Origin: Octopus sinensis
Lineage: Eukaryota
Direction: 5' to 3'
Assembly (NCBI RefSeq): GCF_006345805.1
Contig: NC_042997.1
Coordinates: 139,934,001 to 139,998,000, forward strand
Length of the DNA stretch: 64,000 bases
Numbering within the stretch: the first letter of the stretch is position 1; the number at the start of each line of letters is the position of its first letter. The notes below the pieces were generated by a model. The model saw only the letters and a list, made by a program, of their open reading frames with translations, had not been told where the DNA came from and ran no database searches. Both the position numbers and the translations under genes were made by a program. Shown here in pieces: positions 35,418 to 44,467 of this stretch.

Positions 35418-38400
35418 TTATGTTGTATCTTTCACTCGCAACTTTCGTGCTACATCTTTCCATCGTTCTTCATACACTCTCCTAGTCAGGCATATTCTCT
35501 CCAGCCCTATCTTCCTTTTCGGGTGAAAGATGAAATAATTCATCAAACCAGGGCCGGAGATGAACTTGCCTGACTGTAAACCTTTCATTCTCGTCTTCCA
35601 TATCACCTCTTTCGCAATTGCTACTACAACGAGAAAACGAAACTTACCTTCATTCACGAGGAAATCCGGTGGGTCAATTTTTTTAATCGACTCAGTCGAC
35701 AGCTGTACTCTTCGTGTACCTGACAACAGCTGTTCGGCATAAACCCACACCTCAGACACGTCCGGACAATGAACAATAGCGTGCGGGACGGTTTCCCTAT
35801 CCCGCCCGCATCTTGGACATATCGGACTGTCTTGGCCACCGTGCCTTGCGAGTTTATCCCGAACAGGTAGAGCTCCTCTGTAGCATTGCCATGCCAGAGA
35901 CTTCTGGAAGTTGTCCAGTGTCCTCGGCTTGAACGTACGTCGGAACAGACTGGCCAGTTGATTATCGTCGAGACCTAGGGCTTCTCCCAAGGTATCTTCA
36001 CATTCCGCCTCTACCAACCCTCTATAGAAGAATGTGGTGGAACCCCCACCGCAGGCGTTGCCCGAGCGACGGAATAGCAGGAGAGCCTTGCGACACTCTG
36101 TGTACCAAGTACCAAGTTTCGATCTACGATTCAGCCAGGTTTCCCATCCACCGAAACTAGTGAACTTGGGAAACATCAGTTTTGCTAGCGAAGACCACAC
36201 CCGTTCACCATCCAGGTAGAGCCACAGATGTCTTAACCTCAGCGCATGTCTGCGCATCATCAGCCAAGGCATCCCTAGCCCACCCTTTAACGGTTGTTGA
36301 CAGCAAGTAGAGCGTTTCACAAGTGGTTTCCCACCCTTCCACAAGAAGTAGAAGAGCTGTCTTTCCAACTTGATCAACCACGAATCAGGGCAAGGAACGA
36401 CGGAAAGGCGGTAGGTGATAACCGATGCGATAAACACATTGGCCACCTCCGCCCTCCCTTTCAGGGATAGCCACCTCCAAGACCAGGTCTTGGCTACTGT
36501 AGCCACCTTGCTCGTTACCTCGCCCCAATTCTTTTCTATTTGGAGGTCTGGACCGAACCAGACCCCTAGCAGTTTAATCGGACCCTCCGTCCAACGTCCC
36601 ACGACGCTGTCAGGAGGCATCGACTTGCCTCTCCAGGTGCCGAGTTGCAAGCCGACTGACTTTTCGCGATTAACTTTTGCTCCTGTCACCGTCTCGTAAA
36701 CCTCTATGGCCTTGCCTACTTTACATAGGTGGTCCATTTTGGTTACGATGATGGTGATGTCATCCGCGTATGCTGACACTGATTTTCCATTACCTGGCTG
36801 TCTCGGGATGCCGCTCAGTTTTCGCAGTAATGGCTCAAGAGCCATCACGTACAAAAGCGGGGAGAGCGGACACCCTTGACGAACCGAGCGTTTGATTTTG
36901 AACGGCTTCGACAAGAAGCCGTTCACCCGAACTACCGAGTCGATGTTATCATAAATTTGGATAATCCACCTGAGGAAGCCAAGGCTCAGCCCGAACTGTG
37001 CCAGAGCAGATACCAGGTAACGATGGTCGACCCTATCAAAAGCTTTAGATTGGTCTAAATGGACCAGTGCCCCACCCTTGCCAGAATCACTATTAAACCC
37101 CTCTATAGTGTACCGCATTAGATGGAGATTATCCTGAATGGATCTGCCCGGAACGGCACATGTCTGTGCCCCTCCGATCAGACCATCCGCGACATGCGCC
37201 AATCTTTTCGATAACACTTTGGCCAAAATCTTCAACTCTGTGTTTAGCAGAGTGATGGGCCTGAAATTATCAATGCACTCCCCCTTGCTCGGGTCCTTTC
37301 TGACGAGAGTCACTACTCCACGGCGCACAGATCTGGGTATAAGCCCGTTCTGCTGCCAGTTCGCATAGACCTCCGCCAGTAGGTGCCCGAACAAGTCTGG
37401 CATACTCTTATATAACTCATAGGGTAGACCATCCAAACCCGGCGCCTTGCCCGCGCCACAGTCCGCCATTGCCTCCACCACCTCCTCAGGCGAGATTGGC
37501 CCTTCACAGCCCTCCGCATCTCGCCCCGATAAGCGCGGCAGCCCGTCGAGTAGGTCCGTAAAGGCCCTCCTCCTATCCAGTCCGCCGCACTCACCGAAAA
37601 GCTGAGCGAAGTGCTCCTGAAAGGCCTCACACATCTCCTCGGGTTCGTTTATCAACTCACCTTGTTGGTTCGTCAAAGATCGAATCATGGCATCGTTACC
37701 ATGCTGTGCTTCCACCACTCGGGCCCATCTCACGGCGTTGATTCCTTCACATCCCATATGGCGGATTCTAGCCCTGACAATGCAGCCCATGTGTTTGGCC
37801 TCGAGGTGCTGGTTTAACACCAGTCTCTTGGACGCCACCTGAGCTGCAGTGCCAGTTTTCATGGCTTCTTCTAATTCCTTAACTAGAGTAGTTTCCCTTC
37901 TAGCCTCTCTAGCCACTACTCCTATGCTATATCTAATAGACTCAAACTTGATGGCTCGTTTGAGGGCGTACCACCATTTGTTATTAATGATGGTACCAGA
38001 TAGTGCCCTCTGAATTATATTCCTAATCCGGTCTTTGTACTCCTTAATCGCCAAAAGGGACGTATTAAGTTTCCAGTAACCGGATCCTCTATTTTTAACC
38101 TTATCTATGTCAAGCTTACAAGTGACCATTTTATGATCACTGTAGCTGATCGGGTAAAACTGTGGACACTTAGCTATTTTACTGTCTACTTTTCTAATTA
38201 GTATTCTATCTAAATATGACCTGGAAGATCCGTCGCTGTTTGACCATGTCCACAATGGAGCGTTCGGAAATTCCAGCCTGTAAGGATATGCTAGCTCAAA
38301 GCGGCTTAGCAGTTCCATGAAGCCACTGTTACCTTTTCTATCTGGAAGCGAGCCAACACAATCTACATCCGCTTTGCAAATTGTGTTAAAGTCTCCTAGC

Positions 38401-38813
38401 ACCACTAATGAATGCGAAGTACCAAGAAAGTTTTCTAGTTCACGAAAATAATCACTTTGCCCTGTATGGTTGGGTTCGTAAATTGCAACCAGTCTGATAA
38501 CTTTACCATTACTGAACGTCAAATCCATGACGACCAGCCTACCTTCTGGATCTGCAAAAATTAACTTTTTCTCAGAAACCCGGTTTCTTTTTAATAGGAC
38601 CAACACCCCACTCCCGCCTGTAGGACTGCCAGGAGAGAAAAAACTCTCGTAGCCGTCAAACAGCGGGAGTAGACCTCTTGGCCCCTCTAACCGGGTTTCT
38701 GTAGCAACAATAACATCTAAATTACGCGACCTGATATCATGCAGGAAGCGACCTTGCTTCCAGCCTGCTCCCAGGCCGCGCACATTCAAACAACCAACAT
38801 AAATGTAATCCAT
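35418..38813 (-). CDS. LINE ORF2p: APE endonuclease, reverse transcriptase and C-terminal zinc finger (1131 aa, uninterrupted)
   Basis: EN: CLNVRGL, VATETR, VLGDFN, YLDRILI, SDHKMV. RT: KAPGLDG, FRPITLLN, DQSKAFDRV, RQGCPLSPLLY, YADD. Zn finger: CPRC...H...C. Confidence 0.97.
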   Translation of the reverse strand: MDYIYVGCLNVRGLGAGWKQGRFLHDIRSRNLDVIVATETRLEGPRGLLPLFDGYESFFSPGSPTGGSGVLVLLKRNRVSEKKLIFADPEGRLVVMDLTFSNGKVIRLVAIYEPNHTGQSDYFRELENFLGTSHSLVVLGDFNTICKADVDCVGSLPDRKGNSGFMELLSRFELAYPYRLEFPNAPLWTWSNSDGSSRSYLDRILIRKVDSKIAKCPQFYPISYSDHKMVTCKLDIDKVKNRGSGYWKLNTSLLAIKEYKDRIRNIIQRALSGTIINNKWWYALKRAIKFESIRYSIGVVAREARRETTLVKELEEAMKTGTAAQVASKRLVLNQHLEAKHMGCIVRARIRHMGCEGINAVRWARVVEAQHGNDAMIRSLTNQQGELINEPEEMCEAFQEHFAQLFGECGGLDRRRAFTDLLDGLPRLSGRDAEGCEGPISPEEVVEAMADCGAGKAPGLDGLPYELYKSMPDLFGHLLAEVYANWQQNGLIPRSVRRGVVTLVRKDPSKGECIDNFRPITLLNTELKILAKVLSKRLAHVADGLIGGAQTCAVPGRSIQDNLHLMRYTIEGFNSDSGKGGALVHLDQSKAFDRVDHRYLVSALAQFGLSLGFLRWIIQIYDNIDSVVRVNGFLSKPFKIKRSVRQGCPLSPLLYVMALEPLLRKLSGIPRQPGNGKSVSAYADDITIIVTKMDHLCKVGKAIEVYETVTGAKVNREKSVGLQLGTWRGKSMPPDSVVGRWTEGPIKLLGVWFGPDLQIEKNWGEVTSKVATVAKTWSWRWLSLKGRAEVANVFIASVITYRLSVVPCPDSWLIKLERQLFYFLWKGGKPLVKRSTCCQQPLKGGLGMPWLMMRRHALRLRHLWLYLDGERVWSSLAKLMFPKFTSFGGWETWLNRRSKLGTWYTECRKALLLFRRSGNACGGGSTTFFYRGLVEAECEDTLGEALGLDDNQLASLFRRTFKPRTLDNFQKSLAWQCYRGALPVRDKLARHGGQDSPICPRCGRDRETVPHAIVHCPDVSEVWVYAEQLLSGTRRVQLSTESIKKIDPPDFLVNEGKFRFLVVVAIAKEVIWKTRMKGLQSGKFISGPGLMNYFIFHPKRKIGLERICLTRRVYEERWKDVARKLRVKDTT

Positions 38814-38821
38814 TACTTACC

Positions 38822-40139
38822 TTATATCAGTGGTTCGGTTTTTTCTTTTTCTTCTTTGTTTGTCTCTTTTTCTGGGCCTCGTGGGGGAGTCTGACGCAGG
38901 CCCTCGAATATATATGGAGATGTTATATCCATTCTGAGCAGGCCTACGTCATGAAAAAATTCGGACTTTATCCGTCCGTAATCCTTCCGGCCTATTCTGT
39001 ACAATGCATAGTCATTTTTCCTCCCTATTTTTTCTACTTTGGCCATCGCTGCCAACACATTACCGAGTCTATTGTTCGTGGCCTTAACGGCCATAAATGA
39101 GTTCAACGACTCTCTTTTCTTCTTTTGGTTTACTTTGGGAGGGGTGGTTTCAGTTTTTCTTTTTTTTCTAGTGATTTTTGACCACCCCTCCTCCTTTTTC
39201 GTTTCCTCGCTCTTTTTTTTCCTCCGCCGCTGGTTCCGCTGCCTCTGTCACCTCCACACCTTCAGCCGTCCCTCCTGGGCCGCCCAGCGCTGCTTCTGAT
39301 GACACCTCTTCTGCTTTTCCACTTGGCTGAGCTGCTTCCTGCGGTTTGGGTTGGCATTCTGCCCTTACATGCCCTTTCTTACCGCAGCCGAAGCACCTCG
39401 GCTTTCTGCCCTCTATGAAGACTGTGACTCTATCTTCTTCGCTTATTTTTAGAGTCTCTGGAATCTCCTCCAGGGTTTGTATTTTTGCCTGGATGGCTAT
39501 TATTATCCGCTGCCCTTTCCAGAATTCTTCCTCCTCTACAGTGGCCTGGAGGATGTTTATTTTTTCCTCCAGGCCTACCATAACTGCTGCCACCAGAACT
39601 TCGGCATCCGCTTCTGGCGGAATATTATTCATAGTGATCTTTGATGTTCTTTTGCCTCTATACAGAGGTAGGAGAACAATATTCTCCGCTTTTATTGGTT
39701 CCATGGATAGCTTTTTAGCTACCTCCTCTGTTGTGAATCTCACCTCCACTGTGCCGTATTTCTTCCCTCGATTGATGTATGTGATCTTATCCATTATCGG
39801 CTTTAAGCAATTTTTGATTTTTTTCTCCTCTATTTTTTGTATCGATTTGCTTGTTGTATTGAAGGTCTTATAAATTATTATTCTTTTTGTAATATCTTCC
39901 TGTTTTTGGGCGTTTGAAGCCACAGTTACTTCCGTGCCCTCTTTTGACACACAGTCCGCATGTTTCTTTAGGTTTTCGACATTAATTTTTTTAATTTTCT
40001 TACCAGCTACTTCCGAAAATTTTTTGGCTGGTGCTGGAATATCTTTTTTCTTTGGCGACCCCGCTTCTTTTTTCTTTGGCGACACCGCCGGTGATCCTGC
40101 ATCACTAGTCACAGGTGAATATGAGATGGGGGATTCCAT
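38822..40139 (-). pseudogene. LINE ORF1p (RRM-like region and CCHC knuckle) with one frameshift in an A8 run at 39213-39220
   Basis: CFGCGKKGHVRAEC knuckle. Removing one A joins ORF 39168-40139 to the frame of 38822-39106 via EEGWSKITRKKRK, ending 8 nt before the ORF2 ATG. Confidence 0.88.
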
Positions 40140-40359
40140 CTCCGATAACTGGCTTTAACAAGCCCTTGGCACAACCAAGATAATGATAGTTTTTCCCCCA
40201 CGGAGGGGGGAATACCAACACGAAGCCTTCGCACGAAGGCTGACTTCAACAGTTGTACAACAATACAGAAAAACAGTTAGACACACAGTAGATTATAACG
40301 GAGAAACTATACACAAGGCAAAATATAATAACTCACTATACACTCGAATAGATTTCGGA

Positions 40360-40424
40360 CATGTGTTCAAATCTTCTTTTTTCTCTACATTGTATACTTT
40401 ATAGACAATAGTCTTTTCTTTAAT
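40360..40424 (-). pseudogene. Older Tx1/L1-type ORF1 relic, upstream part
   Basis: IKEKTIVYKVYNVEKKEDLN aligns with young ORF1 ITKRIIIYKTFNTTSKSIQ and continues into the 35167 fragment once the LINE is removed. Confidence 0.7.
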
Positions 40425-41035
40425 TTAATTTTTTATTATCCATCTGGACTATTCCATTTCTGCACGCTAATCTTATTTTTAATTTATTCCCATTCATGTG
40501 AAACCACTTATTCAAGTTCAAATCATTGATGCAATTTTATACCAATTGCTATTTTTACTTTTGTCATGTTACTTTAGTTTGATTTTAATTATTACTTACT
40601 ACATATAATTCAATTGTTATTACTATTTTTATTGTTAAAGTGAAAGTATCTGACATAAAATAGAGAAACGTTTTTGTTTCACTTTTAAGATGTAATACTG
40701 AAATAGTGGAGAAGATATGATATTACTATGGGCTCATTCTAGGCAAGAAGTTGAACATTTTTTTTTGCCCATGAAACTATATTGACCCTAAGTATGGCAT
40801 GTTTAAAATTTGAATGGAATTGGTTGTGTAGTTCTCAGGTTTTAGGGAATCGTAGTGGAGAAGATGTGATATTGCTGTGGGCTCGCCCTAGGCAAAAAGT
40901 TCAAATTTTTTTTTGCTGATGACACTCGCCGGACCCTAAGTAAGGCATGTGCAAAATTTGAATGAATTGATTGTGTAGTTCTCAAGTTTTATGGAAACAC
41001 ACAGACAGACAGACACACATTCTCAGTTTTATATA

Positions 41036-42619
41036 CAGTTGCGGGCAAAATGTTCAGAACGGCATTGTTTTTGTCAGAAAAGTAGGTATAAGTTTTTATT
41101 AAAGTTGTTTTATATTCTATAATTTTCACAGACAATAAATACGATATTAATATGTATTGTTTGAGATTTTGGTGTAATTTGAGAGGATAATACAAAAGTT
41201 ATGAATGATTAGAACGGTTGAAAAAATAATCAAAAAGTGACAGAGAATGCTGGAATTATTTCATATTTAGTGTGAAGCCCTTTAGCTTTAATCAAACTTT
41301 GACATCTTCGACTGCATGAGGAAATTAAATTTTTAATTTCTTGCTGGGTGATCTTATTCCATTCTTCCTGAAGGGCATTCCATAATTGCTCGGTTGTTTT
41401 AGGATTTCTGGCTTTTGAACGTTCTCCTAGAATATTCCACACATTTTCAATAGGATTGAGATCTGGGCTTTGAGCAGGCCAATCCATAACAATAACCTTT
41501 TCAGCCTTGATGAAGTTCATGACCACCTTAGCCTTGTGACATGGGACATTGTCCTGCATGAATATGGGTGGTCGCTTAGTTGAATTTCTCAGCATAGGCA
41601 AGACATGATCTTTTACAAGTTGTTTATAAACTCCTGCATTTACCTTTCCATGTAATCGCACCAAAGGGCCCACACCATCTTCAGATATCATCCCCCAAAC
41701 CATGACACTTCCTCCACCGAATTTAACATTAATCTTAAGGCATTTAGGTGACATTTTTTCACCTGCTTTTCGACGAACGTACCTTTTCCCATCTGAGCCA
41801 AATAACATAGACTTAGATTCATCACTGAAATGCACCGTTTGCTATTTTTCTTGAGACCACAACACATGTTCGGTTGCAAAGGTAAGATGACACTTTTTAT
41901 TCTTGGAGCTGATCAGTGGCTTCACTGTAGGTGCTCTTGTTTGTAGGTCATGTTCAACTAAACAACGAGACACAGTTTTTCAAGATAAAGTTTTCTTCAG
42001 TACAATGTTCATTTCCCGAGAAACAGCAGCAGCAGTTTTAAATCTAACCTTTTTAACCAACTTTACCATAGCATGATCTTCTCTCTTGGTCGTTTTTCTT
42101 GGCCTACCTGTAGACTTTCTTGCTTCACACGGACCACAATCATCGTAGACCTTAAGAATACCGTGAACAACACTTTTTGACTTGTTAACAATCTTTGCAA
42201 TAGACCCAATACTTAAATTATCGTTCTTTCGAAGCTTAATAATCTGCTGACGAATTGGTAACGGAGTAAGTGGCATTATATTAACAAAGTACACTGCAGA
42301 TATTCTTACGGAGTGTTTAGTAAATGAACCATCACATAAACAAATTCAAAACATTAGAGTTCACTGGTTAAATATACTAAAACATGAAGAAAAAGCAACT
42401 GTTCTGATAATTTTAGCCGCAATGGGTTTTGCAGTAAATTGATAACTCATCCATAACTTTTGTATTATCCTCTCAAATTACACCAAAATCTCAGACAATA
42501 ACAAATAACATCGTATTTATTGTCTGTGAAAATTATAGAATATAAAACAACTTTGATAAAAACTTATACCTACTTTTCTGACGAAAACAATGCCGTTCTG
42601 AACATTTTGGCTGCAACTG
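41036..42619 (-). mobile_element. Full-length Tc1 (DD34E) transposon, 1584 bp, long TIRs
   Basis: ~173-bp TIRs (41036-41208 / 42447-42619) starting cagttgc; TA TSDs at 41034-35 and 42620-21. Confidence 0.96.
41230..42276 (-). pseudogene. Tc1 transposase (frameshift, internal stop, lost native stop)
   Basis: HTH with GRPRKTT; FSDESK, QDN-34aa-E (QDNVPCH...SPDLNPIENVW), GLHTKY. Split between ORFs 41980-42294 and 41230-41835. Confidence 0.93.
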
Positions 42620-43976
42620 TATATAAAGATTCTTGATCTATTGAAATTATCTCTACCTCTAGAGGATGCATAATAATGACCAAATAGCAATTATGACCAG
42701 GACTACTTGAGAAGAGAGGAGACCCTTTACAGCTAAACTTAATCAGTTTTGCACAAGATATTATATAATCAGACAACTATCTAAGAAACACACTCATCAG
42801 AGTGCCTGGTATAGGAAATAATGGCAACTGCTCTGTTACTGGAAGTGAAGAAGTGTCACATGCAGTCTATGGTTGTTGTGAAAAAGATGAAATGAAATTG
42901 CAGGAAGCAAATTACGAAACAAAATTCCATCGAGAATTATGCCAGCAAAATGGGGTGTAGGCAGTGTGAAATTGACATGAGTGTAAGGAGATTTTGGAGT
43001 GTAAGGCTGGACAGATGGCCAAATATATGCATATGTGTGTGTATATGTGTATAGTTTAGTGTGGTCAAAACTTTGAACTCTCAGGTTCTGATGGTAGTGT
43101 CGGCCCTGTAGTGATCCTAGCATTTGTAATTATGGTGGAACTCATAGGTAAACAACCATATATTTTCTCTCATGTGGGCATGAATGAAAAATTTTTCTTT
43201 TGTAGTTTAGGTAGGTGTCCAGGTGAAGAGTTTTTTTTAATACAATTCTATTCTCAGCCAAACATAGCCTATGCCTTCTGCTACTGTTGAAGTAAGGCTT
43301 GCACTTCCCTTGATTGCCTCCAACAACTTTGCTTCATCTTTTTCACAACACCCACGAACTGAATGTGACACTTTCTCACCTCCAGTAACATAGCGCAGTT
43401 GCCATACTGGCTATTCCAATAAGCATAGTTCTTAAATATTTATCTAATAATCTAATATCCTCTGCAAAACCAATTGGTAAGATTGGTTTGTAATAGGTCT
43501 ATAATGCTGTATACTTTGGTTAATATACTGACTCTACTGAAAAATATACAAGTGCCTATTGTTTTTGGCTTATAAATTCTTAGAAGACTTATTTCTCCCA
43601 CATTGCAATAGACCACTTTGAGAATTAGTTTTGTTAGACAATACATTATTTAATAATTAGGTGGTATATTTATTAATATTTTGGTCAACTATATTATTGA
43701 GTGAAATATTAAATCTATAGATACTACATATACATTAATAATATAGTTAGTTTATATTATGGGTGTGTGTATATTTGAACCATTTCCTATTTTTGATTCC
43801 AGTATTTATGGCTTGTACTAGCATTGTGTATATTACTTAACATTAAGGTTTTTAGTATAAATTGCTTAATGAGTATTAGACTTTATTTGGATGTTTATCA
43901 AATAAATATATTAATTAATAATTTGATTTAATGTATATAGTTTAAAGAGTTGTGTTTAGTTTTCACTTAATGTATA

Positions 43977-44373
43977 TTAGCAGTATCGCCCGGCGTTGCT
44001 CGGGTTTGTAAGGGAAATAACTATATAAGCATTTTTAGAGAGTTATAGCCAAAAAATAGCAAAAAAATGCATTAAAAATTGAAAAAAAATTAAGGTAAAT
44101 TTTTTTTTTAAATCGTTGACACATCGTAGATATTTTTAGAGAGTTACTTCCCTTATATAATAGCGAAAAAATGCATTAAAATGGAAAAATATGATGGTAA
44201 ATTTTTTTAAATCGTAGACTCATCGTAGACGCGCGCTAATACCCAGAAGGGCTCGATATGAATCACGACTATAAGATACCCGCTTTTGGTTAAACTGCAC
44301 CGCAAAATGTGGGAGTAGTTACGAATCTAAATCGTAGGAGACAGACACACAACTTCACTCTTATATATAAAGA
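43977..44373 (-). mobile_element. Non-autonomous Helitron (397 bp)
   Basis: 5' A|TC at 44373 and 3' cccgagcaacgccgggcgatactgCTAA|T at 43977 (CTRR). Hairpin identical to that of the 47278-53886 element. Internal ~100-bp duplication. Confidence 0.88.
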
Positions 44374-44467
44374 TATAAGCCACGTAGTTATATACACATT
44401 CTTAAAAGAAAATGTTATTTTGAACACAACATTTATAAAGAATAAAATATTTTTTGGTTTTTCTTAA

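Larger units (their letters stand above)
35177..40359 (-). mobile_element. Full-length (5183 bp) Tx1/L1-clade non-LTR retrotransposon
   Basis: ORF1 plus ORF2, 5' and 3' UTRs, TAATAATAA tail. Flanked by imperfect TSD catgttgtt (35168-76) / catgtgtt (40360-67). Confidence 0.92.
40700..42629 (-). mobile_element. 5' part of a non-autonomous Helitron, interrupted by the Tc1
   Basis: A|TCtttatata at 42629, continuing after the Tc1 as tataaaactgagaatgtgtgtctgtctgtc. Two ~140-bp subterminal direct repeats at about 40704-40840 and 40854-40990. 3' end not located. Confidence 0.7.

Noticed and set aside
39346-39873. 175-aa hydrophobic + strand ORF (also 3363-3725, 48445-48759, 51227-51664 and similar)
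   Set aside because: These are antisense or alternate-frame shadows of TE coding regions, with no independent motifs.
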